A DNA stretch of 62,456 nucleotides, the filler included, from Rhabdomonas costata (lineage: Eukaryota): the NCBI GenBank assembly GCA_019059605.1. It is 39 parts of 39 records of this genome, joined end to end, with 100 filler letters (N's around TTAATTAATTAA, not from the genome) between each part and the next. Parts side by side here need not be neighbours in the genome. Positions count along the whole stretch, not along the records: positions 24,064 to 25,567 come from JAHMHO010014307.1; positions 25,668 to 27,177 come from JAHMHO010014308.1; positions 27,278 to 28,783 come from JAHMHO010014309.1; positions 28,884 to 30,389 come from JAHMHO010014310.1; positions 30,490 to 31,993 come from JAHMHO010014311.1; positions 32,094 to 33,597 come from JAHMHO010014312.1; positions 33,698 to 35,201 come from JAHMHO010014313.1; positions 35,302 to 36,805 come from JAHMHO010014314.1; 31 more parts are not named here. One strand, written 5' to 3'. How positions within the stretch are numbered: position 1 is the stretch's first letter; each line of letters starts with the position of its first letter. The position numbers and the translations under genes were made by a program. The notes beneath the pieces were generated by a model. That model was given only the letters and a program-made list of their open reading frames with translations. It ran no database searches and was not told the origin of the DNA. Below, piece after piece: positions 24,621 to 35,487 of this stretch.

Positions 24621-25966
24621 AGATTTTTGGCCCACACTTTGCACTCATGTATCCGCCCTCTGCCCGGCCTCTGCCCGGCAGTGTCCAACGGGGATACGTC
24701 CGTAGTTAGCATGGACGCATGCTGGGCTTGTTTTGGTAGCCCGCTAAGGCTTAAGTCCAGCGGGTGTGTATGTGCGTGTGCATCTGTACACTATGGTGTT
24801 GATGAATTCAGATGGACATGTGTGCCGGTCTGAGATTTACTCTGGCGAATCCCAAGTTGTTACAGCACCGAATTCTTGTCAACAGAATGCTGAGGGTATG
24901 AAGAAACATGATATACGGTACGACACACAGTCCGGTTTCGAATTTTATGCTGAGGTGCACATGCAGACACAGGGGGGGACTTGAAAAGAAAGAGGGAGGG
25001 ATGTTTAAAGAGATCTTATGGCCAGGCGGTTTTGGAGGTGGCTGCAACACACAGGCAAGCAATGCAATCGCGGAGGACGTGTCCGAAGAACCAACTTGTA
25101 TTTTCGGCCCAACTGCCACAGGGAGCGGGCGGCTGGGCGGGAACATGGCCTTGTGACGCCTTTAACGATTTTTTTAAAGTTCACCGATTGAATAAATTGT
25201 GAAGACTGGCAACCGTCACTGCCCCCCCCCCTTCCCCGTAAAGCAGCATGCTCTTTGGAATAGGGCGAATGAGAATATATCGTCAGTATAGTCCACAACC
25301 AACATGCTTATATTGCAAATTGCTATTTTCCGGGGCGTTTCAGCCTTTCGGTTCCTCTCCTCCATTTTTTTGGCCGTATGCTTGTGAGAGGGGGATGAAG
25401 ATCCCTTCACGGCCACGGGATGCGGTGGGCTTTCCAAATCTGTGATATCCTTTTGACAGTGCAGAAAGCAGAACCTTGGGTGAGTTTGATCAATGTCAAA
25501 AGGATATCACAGATTTGGAAAGCCCACCGCATCCCGTGGCCGTGAAGGGATCTTCATCCCCCACCACNNNNNNNNNNNNNNNNNNNNNNNNNNNNNNNNN
25601 NNNNNNNNNNNTTAATTAATTAANNNNNNNNNNNNNNNNNNNNNNNNNNNNNNNNNNNNNNNNNNNNGGTGGGTTGGTGTCGAAGTTGCTGCGGTACTCG
25701 GATCCTGGTGTTGGAGTCCTTCCGGCCTCCATCAGCCAGGCTCTGAGATTTCTTCGACAGCGGGGCTACCCGAGGCACCGCTGGTACTGTGTCTTTGTGT
25801 GCGAGCTCCTTAGTCAGCGCGTACCAATGGGCTGCTTGCCGAATGAGATGCGAGCGGTGCTTCAGCCTAGCCATGGGACAGCGGCGAAGGCAAAAAGGAC
25901 AGCGAGTGTCTATAGCCCCCGCCTTGAGGCAGTGGATGTGAGCAGGATACGATACGGGAGAGAAAG

Positions 25967-26130
25967 GGGTGACCTTATTTTGTACAGTTCTTGTGTGGAC
26001 AGGGGACAGAAACCAACTGATCATGACACACTTTGCTGCTGCTGTCATGTGCACGTTTTGTTTCTACTGAAGACGTCCCCTTTTGCTCTTTGTTTCGGGC
26101 GAGACGAAAGAGGAACCACCACAGAAAAAG
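25967..26130. repeat. Dispersed repeat family C, copy 1
   Basis: Close match to 27281-27437 (tgtggacaggggacagaaaccaactg...actgaagacgtccccttttgctctttgtttc) and a partial match to 47528-47574. Confidence 0.9.
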
Positions 26131-26419
26131 TGTGTGTATGTGTCGTTCCCCCTCCCCCCTCCTCCTCCTTTCCTCCTCCCTCTCGCTTTTGGCTGCGGGA
26201 TCATACCTTGCGCTCCTTACTTTTTCTGCAGTGTACTCGCCGCGTGTACTCGCCTTGCCGCCGCATCGGTGGCAAACACTCTTCCGTTCAGGGCGAGACG
26301 GACCGCTACGATGTCGGTCTCTAGCTGCACCACGGCGGAACAGGGGCGTCTCATTGCGAAGTAATAGCCTCGGAATTTCGCTCGGGCTACATCTCCGCCT
26401 GGTATAATTATCCAGCACT

Positions 26420-26427
26420 GTGAGTGA

Positions 26428-26464
<37 letters not shown>

Positions 26465-26762
26465 GGGCGCATTGCGCGCTGGCTGTTGCTTGGTTGACTG
26501 GTTGGTGGTGACCACTCTGGACTGACGGGTGCACACGCTGTTGGCCACGAGTGCTCGCAAGAGCTGCTGGAGGGAACGGTGCCGTGGGGAACCGGAACCG
26601 GCTCACCGCCGAACGTTCCACATACATATGGTAACCTCCCTTCAGCCCGACGGGTCCCGGGCCATTGTCGCGCAGCTGCTGTTTTCCAGCGGCTACCTGC
26701 ATTGCTCCATTGCGGCTGGGTGTGTGTTTGTGTATGTGTCTGTGTGTGTGGCGGCTCAGGAT
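26420..26762 (-). mobile_element. Short copy of repeat family A with (CA)n tract, downstream of a dynein exon donor (intronic)
   Basis: Shares ~270 nt with 2072-2340 (e.g. gaacggtgccgtggggaaccggaacc; ttttccagcggctacctgcattgctccattgcggct). (TG)n at ~26433-26463. Confidence 0.85.
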
Positions 26763-26907
26763 CCCATCGGCGCCGTTGGTGCGGGTCGAGAGAGATTAGA
26801 AGGGCGAAGACCAGTAATTTGTAGGCGAGGTGACCTTCAAGCTCATTTCCCGGCCCACCGGACACAAATTGTAAGAGTAGTAGGCAGGAATGGAGGCAGG
26901 GATGTAC

Positions 26908-26982
26908 CAAGGGGAATGGCTCGAATAGGACTTTGGGCGAGGACTCACAGAGCTGGCCCTTGGCAGGGTCCCAGCCGGCACC
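26908..26982 (-). CDS. Dynein heavy chain C-terminal-domain exon
   Basis: cacacag|GAGWDPAKGQLCESSPKVLFEPFPL|gtacat matches the DHC motif GA.WD.....L.ES.PK.L...P. Confidence 0.88.
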
Positions 26983-27280
26983 CTGTGTGCAGTGGTGACG
27001 CAATGGATAGCAGAAAGGAAAAGGTATGGCTCGTGCGTCTCCAGGACTGCATCATATACCTGAACCAGCCCTAAGCCCGACTGTCCGGCAGGCGGGTCAG
27101 TTTCAGGACCACGCACCCTTATGCACGAGATCACATCAGCGCGAAAATACTACCCCTTCTTGCCATGCACACCCACANNNNNNNNNNNNNNNNNNNNNNN
27201 NNNNNNNNNNNNNNNNNNNNNTTAATTAATTAANNNNNNNNNNNNNNNNNNNNNNNNNNNNNNNNNNNNNNNNNNNNGAG

Positions 27281-27437
27281 GGGTGACCCTATTCTTGTGT
27301 GTGGACAGGGGACAGAAACCAACTGTTCATGACACACTTTGCTGCTGTTGTCATGTGCAGGTTTTGTTTCTACTGAAGACGTCCCCTTTTGCTCTTTGTT
27401 TCCGGTGAGACGAAAGAGCAGCCAACACAGAAAAAGG
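27281..27437. repeat. Dispersed repeat family C, copy 2
   Basis: Direct match to 25967-26130, on a different contig. Confidence 0.9.
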
Positions 27438-27568
27438 AGATCGACTTTTTGTGGGATGCTTCGCATCTGAAATCGGAGATAGGGTCGGGTTCTGGGAGTG
27501 CGAGGTTTGGGGTGACCTGATGATGGATGCACTGGGGCTGTGGTTGAGGTGGTCGGGTAGTTATGTGC

Positions 27569-27594
27569 GAGAGAGAGAGAGAGAGAGAGAGAGA
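27569..27594. repeat. (GA)n microsatellite
   Basis: Perfect GA dinucleotide run. Confidence 0.95.
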
Positions 27595-28199
27595 CTGGGC
27601 GCAACAGAAGCAGCAGAGCCAGTTCTGCGGGAATTTAACACTCCGTAACATTCAGGTCAAAGCAAAAATGCACCCTGCCCCTTGATTCAGTTTCACTATT
27701 CACAGCGTAATACCGTTTAATGTACCTCCGTCGAAAAAAAACAGACTGCACCCCAGAAGAAAAAAATTAACTGTCACCTGTCTCTTTCTCCTGCAAGGAG
27801 TAGCCCGAGGTCATTTTCTCTTTCGCAAGGACGCACCACTACTACATTTTGTGTTTTTCACAAAAACACAATTGTGAAAGTTTGGTACAATCTGAGCAAA
27901 GCAAAACTTGGCTTCAACGGATGTAAGAAAAACCAAATAAACCAACGCATACCAAACCAAAGCCGAACTTGCAGAAAAAAAAGGGGGGGAAGGGCGGTTC
28001 ATCTGCCAAATATGTACGAACTTGCTGTCTCGAGACATTTGAGGTGCGTGTGTATGTATATCGTGTATATATACTTTGCGAAAAAAAAAACGAGCTTCTG
28101 GCCAATGCGCCAATCCAGTCCCAATGGAAGTTCCAGAGATGTGTTATATTTTTTATTTAGCGAAAAGGCAAGTCTTTTTTAGAATCCGAACCCTTGAGG

Positions 28200-28620
28200 G
28201 CTACGCCGAAGCAGGCCTTTGTATATATACAACAGGCCTTCCGAAACGCTCCCTGGCCGGCCCTTGGGTAAAGGTAAGTCCGAATTGTATAGCAGCGGAA
28301 ACCGGAGGGTTTCAATTCAAACACCCCCCCCCCCGAAAGAAAAGTTGGGTACTTAACATATCGTCACTTGCAGTCATGACGTGTGCTGCTGTGTGGTTTG
28401 CAGTTGGAGAATTCGATGCACTGGTCCACTTCAGAGTGGAGCACTTCTGACAGTGTTCAGCTCGATGAAAACCAGACCTCCCTCAAGCACCCGATTTTCC
28501 TCCGGATTCTTCGCCGCATTTGGCGTTTCGTAAATCAGTTTTCCATCAAAGTCGCTGTCGCGTTGACCCCATCCTACTCAAACGCCGCCGACGCAGTCTC
28601 CCGAATTCAACAACTGCCTC
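28200..28620 (+). pseudogene. Degenerate RNase H of a DIRS/tyrosine-recombinase-type retrotransposon
   Basis: LRILRRIWRFVNQFSIKVAVALTPSYSNAADAVSR matches the DIRS RNase H end 'l.r.iw......i....ip...N.AD.lSR'. Upstream LCIYT and NISSL..AVWFAV lie in a shifted frame. Confidence 0.6.
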
Positions 28621-29252
28621 CCTTCATTGTGCTTCTCCGCTACACACGTCTTCACGCCTTGGCCCAAACTTTCCCACATTCCCCAAATAATTTCTCGTTT
28701 CTGGCAACGCGAAGAGATTTGTTTTGGGTCACTGGTCACGTGAAGAGTTTTGTGTCTTTCATGTGACCAGTGACCCAACACAANNNNNNNNNNNNNNNNN
28801 NNNNNNNNNNNNNNNNNNNNNNNNNNNTTAATTAATTAANNNNNNNNNNNNNNNNNNNNNNNNNNNNNNNNNNNNNNNNNNNNGGGGGGTGGGGGCGGAA
28901 ATTGCCCCACTGCATTACTAAAATAAATAAAAATAAATATAGGCAACAAAGATGCTCGTGATTGTGTCCAAGAATTATGCCGAAAAATAACAACGTGGAT
29001 ACTCCAATCCTCTCCGGGAACGCCATTGTGTGCGAAGAAGTGCAATACAGTCGCGATGAAATACTGCTGATACGGGATGCACATACGGCGTGTTAACTCA
29101 CGAGTACTACTATCCTACCATCCAACTTAAGTTTTGAGGCACACACTCCGCGTCCGAGCAAAATGAAACGGTCCGATCCATGAAAATTCCAAAATATTCG
29201 CAAAAGCTGAAGCAAGACAAAAAACGTTCTTCCCCTAAATGGCCACCCGCAG

Positions 29253-29289
<37 letters not shown>

Positions 29290-29290
<1 letters not shown>

Positions 29291-30333
29291 GAAGGTGTAG
29301 CCGATCCACTCCACTAACTCCGATGCCGTCAATTTCATCGAAGAAGCAGTAAAGTTGCAAATGTCGGAGAAGAACACTGTGGCCTGCGACCACAAGTAAT
29401 TTGTACACTGCTTGGAGTCTCGCAAAATTGTGAAGAAAGCAGAGAGAGAAGGCCGCTTTACGTTATAAAAAATACACAATCAGCCACGGCAATCATCAGT
29501 GCGCAGGTCCACAAATCACAAGCGTGCACGCTCCACGAAGCCTTTGCAGTGGTGACAAATTGCCCCGCCCTAATTGCGCCGATACCTCTGGAAGCTGCAG
29601 CACAACGCGCCTCTCCCCGCGCAAGATTTCCTCGGACACAAACCGGGGGTACAGCGCGGCCACCAACTGCAACAAATCCGAGCAAAGGAATTCACAAAAA
29701 AAAACAGACATTTTAGCCCCCACCCCCACCCACACGCATTCAAAGTGGGTATTGGGGCTCATCAGAGAATCACGTCTAGGCATTGTTGGACGAAATGACA
29801 GTTACGGGACATTTCAATAAAAAGTTGTAGTCACATTGGAAAGAAGCAGGCGAGCCTCACTATTAAACGCCCCTACCCTCCCTTTCCCCCTTCACCTATC
29901 AATTTCTCAGGTCGCAGGGCAAACAAAAACCACAAGATGAATCAAATCCTCGCTTCAAGGATCTTCTTAACTTATGGAATCAGCGCGACATCCACGGTAC
30001 CAAGTTTTTTTTGGGAGATCATGACATTTGACTAGCCACTCCCGGTAATGCATTATAAGTTCACACCATAACCGCGTTAAGACCTACCTCCTGGAACTTC
30101 TCCTTCTGCTGCTGCACCGCCTCCTTCCCTCGCTGCCACGTATCCATCATAGACCGAAGCATCGAACGCCCCGCAAACGCCAGCAGCGCAATCCCCAGCA
30201 CCACAATCCCCACCGCCGTGCCCAGAAGGATCCCCAGCACGTTGAGCAGCGGCCGCTGCACCTCCGACAGGCCCACCCCAAGCACCAGCCCAAGGCCCAG
30301 CCCAGGGCTGTACCCCAGCGCCGCCACAACGCT
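29290..30333 (-). CDS. Membrane class III adenylyl/guanylyl cyclase, 3 exons (~30333-30088, 29666-29586, 29383-29290)
   Basis: TM helix and coiled coil EAVQQQKEKFQE|LVAALYPRFVSEEILRG..LPE|ATVFFSDICNFTASSMKLTASELVEW, containing the catalytic 'T.fFSDI..FT' motif. Confidence 0.92.
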
Positions 30334-32228
30334 TTCTCCTTCTGCTGCTGCACCGCCTCCTTCCCTCGCTGCCACGTATCCAACCACAANNNNNNNNNNN
30401 NNNNNNNNNNNNNNNNNNNNNNNNNNNNNNNNNTTAATTAATTAANNNNNNNNNNNNNNNNNNNNNNNNNNNNNNNNNNNNNNNNNNNNTTTTGTTGTTT
30501 TTCAGTGCCTCTCTCCGTGTTTCTTTCCCTGTTGTGTTTCCAGACGGTGTCCAGCAACCGGCCGCGAGGCTTTTTGCTGCTGCGCGCTGCTGCCACCGCC
30601 GCTCTATTGAGTTCCGGCTGGATTCAGGTAGATGCGTTGTTCCGAGCCCAAACGGCGCGTGGTTTGGGTTCCCTTCTCTTCAGCGGTGCAGTGGCTGCCT
30701 GCTCCTCTACTTTTGGGGCTGAACGGGAAGGACGCCGTTTCCAGTTTCAGACTTTTTGCTGTCCCCGCAGCGGATTTGTTTCATGCCTTGCGTGGTTGGG
30801 CGTCGCTGTCCCTTGGTGGCAGCAGTACCGCCCAGTGGTAGCCGCCTGCGGTCGTGACTGGGCGCCATTTCCCTCTCATGTGTATGGTGTGTATGCGTTC
30901 CAGCGTAGAGGCTTTGAGGTGGTGGAGTTCCTGTTATCCCTTTCACCTCATGCACGTTAGTGTGCATTGTGCCCGTGCCGGTGGTCAGCCTCCCCGGGGG
31001 ATATGCTGTGTATCTCAGGATCCTAGGTCCTGGGAGCGGTGAGGGGTGCTGGTGTTTTGTATGTGCCCTCGCCGGTGCGAGCGGAATGCCTGGGAAGTTT
31101 CTTTTTCTTTTACTTCTTTTTGGGGGCCTTTCACAGCCGGATTGGCTTGGTGACCTTTTGGGGTGTTCTCCAAAGAGTGTCCCGATGCCCCCTCCCCCAC
31201 TGATAATTTCTGAATCGCTGGTCGTTCAGTCTTTCTCAGCGTTCTATGATGTCCACCCCGTCCTGTGGTACGCCACCGTTTTCTCCGCCGCCACCGTCTT
31301 GTTCACCGGGGACCTGTGCCCCCTTCGCTGTTGGCGCCCGCTCCCTGGCTGCTGGCCAGCCGCTGGCGAAAGGGCAAGGTTATCTGGAAGGAGCAATGCT
31401 CTCATCTGCAGGGTTGTCTTGAACATTGTGGTGTGCACAAAGACATCCCAGCTGAGTGGTGTTTATGTCCCTGGCTTGTGCTGGTGGCCTGTGATTCTGC
31501 GACGGAATGGAAGATCTGAGACTTTTTTGTCTATTACAGCCCCGGATCTTACCGCCCCCACCTCCCGGTTAGGCCTATACAATACCCACACCACCTCAAA
31601 AAGTCATAAAATTACTGTGGATCCCCCATTTTCAGAAGTTAAAAAGGTTTGATGAAAAACAAGGCTTTTTTCCTGGATGTGCTTCGCTTCTTTCTATCTA
31701 CCCCTCAATCTCTTAATTTGGAGATGACTTGTGCCTTTCGACGCTAGGGTGTACAAATCGCATGCAGGGAGGGCCTCTGGGCCTATTTGTTTTCATTCAA
31801 AGCACCACTCACTCCTCAGCTGCTTACTAGCTCACGGTTTCGCGCATTGTTCGAACGAACAAAAACACGAGGGATTAAAAGGAGAACAGGTGCAGTCTCC
31901 TCCGCATTTCTACACCAACTTCTGCTCCAGGAAAACAAATTATAAGTTGGTGGTACTGTTTTGGTTTGTAAATTCCAGGTTGTCCAACCCCCCNNNNNNN
32001 NNNNNNNNNNNNNNNNNNNNNNNNNNNNNNNNNNNNNTTAATTAATTAANNNNNNNNNNNNNNNNNNNNNNNNNNNNNNNNNNNNNNNNNNNNGTTTGTA
32101 GCGGGAGTAAGAAGTGATAGTCAACACTATTGTAATAAAGTTCGAAAGGAGATCTAGGCCAAGTCTGAATGCCAATGCAAAAGGGAAGGGCGTTCCGCCA
32201 AACGTAACCGCAGCAACCACATACACAC

Positions 32229-32543
32229 CTGAACATATCATCCGCACTGCAGGGTCAGCTGTAAGCTCCGAGTTTTGCCACACCATCCAAGGTCCGGTGA
32301 GCTGCTCGGGTGTGTCCACATCCTGGGCATTGTTGGCGTCGACGAGGTCGGTGGAGTTTCGGCCTTGGCTAATAGTCCACCCCAGAATGGGATCGTACCA
32401 TAGCTCGCGGGTGTAACTCCGGCCCGCAAGACTGGTGTAGTAGGGCCGGCCCAGATAAAGGCCACCCTCACCGAGCACAAACAGCCCGTTGAGGGCAAAA
32501 TTGTTTTCGGAAAAGCCGCTCACCGAGAGGTCGCACGGAAGGG
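32229..32543 (-). CDS. 315-nt phase 1-1 exon encoding a Trp/Tyr-rich, probably extracellular module
   Basis: ttcgcag|..LPCDLSVSG..LNGLFV..GRPYY..LWYD..GWTIS..TPEQLTGPWMVW..DPAVRMICS|gtgtgt. Open frame with Cys at both ends. Confidence 0.65.
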
Positions 32544-34179
32544 CTGCGAAGGAAAGAAGAGTCCCGAGAACAATCGCTTCAGGAGTCCAAATTTCGCATG
32601 ATTCGAGTAATCAAAAGAAAGAAAGGAAAAAAAGGGTTTTCGAAACGGAATGTCGCCGTTTGTTTTTGTACACATGCGAAGAAGTTCAGGAATTCTTTCA
32701 CTTGACAACCGGTGTCCAGCGTCTCCATTCGTGAAGAGGTACAACTGCAGCCCTCCTCGACCTCCCGGCCAATGCACATACACTGCCTTTCATGGTTCTT
32801 CTATTCTTATTTAAAATTGGGGCTGACCGTTTAAGGCCAGTAATACAGACTTTTCTGCTCACCTCAACTATGGGGCATCAAACACATCAAAACGTTTAAA
32901 GTTGTGTCATGCATCTAAGATGAAATACAAGATAAAGATAAAGATAGTTTTTCTGTGACCCGAAGGCTCGTCTGCGGGACACCGCACGGAAAGCCACGGT
33001 GGCGTTGGCCCCTTCAACCATAAACTGTTGCAGTCCGAAACCGTGTCGTGGTGCTGACAGCGTCAAAAGTATTTCCTTTTCTCCCATAACTTCGTCTAGC
33101 GAAGACTGCGAAGGAGCGTGTGATTGTCCCGTGCTCCTTCAGCACAGGGCCAGGCCTTCAAGAACTACAACGAAAAATGGGGTGCGCGAAACACGGAACC
33201 CAGTGGAAAGGGCTCATCGTGGTTCCCACGAAGGAGCCCCCTTGCCACCAAAGAGGCCTGTGAGACCCCCAGGGCCACCAGAGCGATGAGCCCCCACAGC
33301 CTGCAATGCATCCTCATGTGCGAAAATACACGAACCAAAAATCAAGCGGAACCAACAGACACAAATGAAGAACAAGATAGCTGGAAAAGTGTGAGGGGGC
33401 GGATTTTTTTTCGAATGCTACTTCACCAACTGAAGCTCATGTCAGGGAGCAAGAATGCAGGGAGGCAGGCAGGTATCGTGGCAAGGACGGGGAGTATCTT
33501 TTCACCTGCGGCAGGTTGAGGCGCAAGCGTTTCGCATGACCAATCACACACGACGGTCAGAACTAAATTCCATGGCATTCATATCCTCCACCAACAANNN
33601 NNNNNNNNNNNNNNNNNNNNNNNNNNNNNNNNNNNNNNNNNTTAATTAATTAANNNNNNNNNNNNNNNNNNNNNNNNNNNNNNNNNNNNNNNNNNNNACG
33701 TTTTTGGTGTGGTGGGTTAATGTCGTCTACGTTTTCGTATGGGAGGAGATAAATTCGGGGTTTCTTTGATTGCCCGCTTCACCAAATGTTATGCCAATTG
33801 AATCAAAAACTGGGATGACACTGGAAAAGATTTTTTAATGTCAGTGCAAAAGAGAAATTATGCAGCAATGAAAGTAAAAAAAACGGAAGCAGATGAAATC
33901 AAAAGGCAAAAATAGCACCGGATTTCAAAACGTCGGGCCATGGTTGTATTTTTAGCCTCTGATACCAAGTGTTACGGTAGGAAGATTGGGCGAGCCGGTC
34001 CTGCCGAACCAGATCGAGTTTGTTCGGGCTGATCACTGGACTTTCAATGCGTAGTATAGATACCCAATTGATCGATCGCCGTCTTTGGTTAGAGTCTCGG
34101 TGGCTTTGCCTGGAACTTCCTCTGGCTTTGGTCAGCAATCTTCTGTTAGGACTCTCAGCAGGGCAACGTTAGGAACAAC

Positions 34180-34900
34180 ACAACCTCTAAAGTCGTGTTC
34201 CGTCCAACAAAGCACGGGCAAGGCACAATTGAGGCAACTATTGAGGCAAAGGAATTTCCTCCAAATCCTCCCGTTTCCGGCCCGATCAATCCACCCGGAC
34301 CGATCCTTCAATCCTTCGGTCTGAAAAATGGATTCTTCCGTCTCTCGGTTCCTCGCTCTCTCCGATTCTGCCCGGTGGATCGGGTTTGCTCTCCCCTCGC
34401 TTCTCCTCCACAACAGATTCGTTGTCCCTCTTGATGGACCGGGATGGTCAACTGCATTAAGAACGTTCAAAACCAAACGTTAACCTTCACGCGTCCGTTT
34501 GCTTTCTAAAATTGCCGTCTACCATCTCTTGCAAAAGCTTTGCTCCAAAAAACTCTCTCGGAGGATCTGTATTAATAACCATGGGCTTTGAGGTCCGTTA
34601 CTACCAGCACAATCATAAAATGTTATACACCCACAGGGTTCCTCAGCTTCGACCACACCTGCACAGCCATTAGTTTCGGCTGGGGCCTGATCACATTATT
34701 ATCAAAGATGAACTCGCAATACTCTAAATAGGGATGCGCAAAAACAAATATTTCTGGATTCTTTATCGGTACAATCTCTCGCAAACAGCTCTCAACGCCA
34801 CGGCATAATCTACAACGTGTTCGAGTTTACTAGAACTGCAGCAATGTAAGCTGCTTCATCAGCTACTGATCTTCTGCTGGCGAAATTCGGCACAGTCTCT
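34180..34900 (+). pseudogene. Degenerate DIRS-like reverse transcriptase fragment
   Basis: VVFRPTKHG...SFGLKNGFFRLSVP resembles the RT motifs 'F.v.K..G' and 'DLk.aff.i.v'. Multiple stops and frameshifts follow. Confidence 0.4.
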
Positions 34901-35301
34901 GCGCTGTGGACTCACTCTCTGTAAATAAATTGATTCCATATCCGTCGGTCTCAAATGGTGGAGTCTCCATGGAAACGTTCACGGAAACAGATGAGAAAAC
35001 ACCTTGTTCACATTCAGTACCTCAGGGAAGAACATCACAGTCTTGTCCACAGATTGTGTTATCAATTTCTTTGATTAACGTTTCCACTGCTTTTCTAGCC
35101 AAATTATCAACACATATTTTCGCCACCCTCGTCTTGGCACTGATCCACTGCTAGATTACAAGCTAAGTTTTTCGACCAACAAGTCTCCACTTTCGCTTTA
35201 CNNNNNNNNNNNNNNNNNNNNNNNNNNNNNNNNNNNNNNNNNNNNTTAATTAATTAANNNNNNNNNNNNNNNNNNNNNNNNNNNNNNNNNNNNNNNNNNN
35301 N

Positions 35302-35487
35302 TGGGTGGTGGGGGAGCTGGGGGTGTTCCTTTTGTTCCACCTCTATCAGGACGTACTTCCGGAGATGCTGGACAACTTTCCCAAGCTGAAGGCGTTCTAC
35401 CAAAGGGTGCTGGCCCTGCCCAAGGTGCAGGAGTTCCTGGAGAAGGACTTGAAGCCGCAGAAGCCAGTGTACGTGAAGCCCCAGTGA
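35302..35487 (+). CDS. Glutathione S-transferase, C-terminal end
   Basis: VGELGVFLLFHLYQDVLPEMLDNFPKLKAFYQRVLALPKVQEFL..* matches the GST_C pattern 'L..fP.L.a...rv.a.P.v..yl'. Confidence 0.9.
   Translation, partial: WVVGELGVFLLFHLYQDVLPEMLDNFPKLKAFYQRVLALPKVQEFLEKDLKPQKPVYVKPQ

Noticed and set aside
30334..30382. Internal tandem duplication of DTWQRGKEAVQQQKEK in the cyclase gene
   Set aside because: The second copy is at the contig end, out of frame with the gene, joined at microhomology and followed by an A/C tail: probably a chimeric read.
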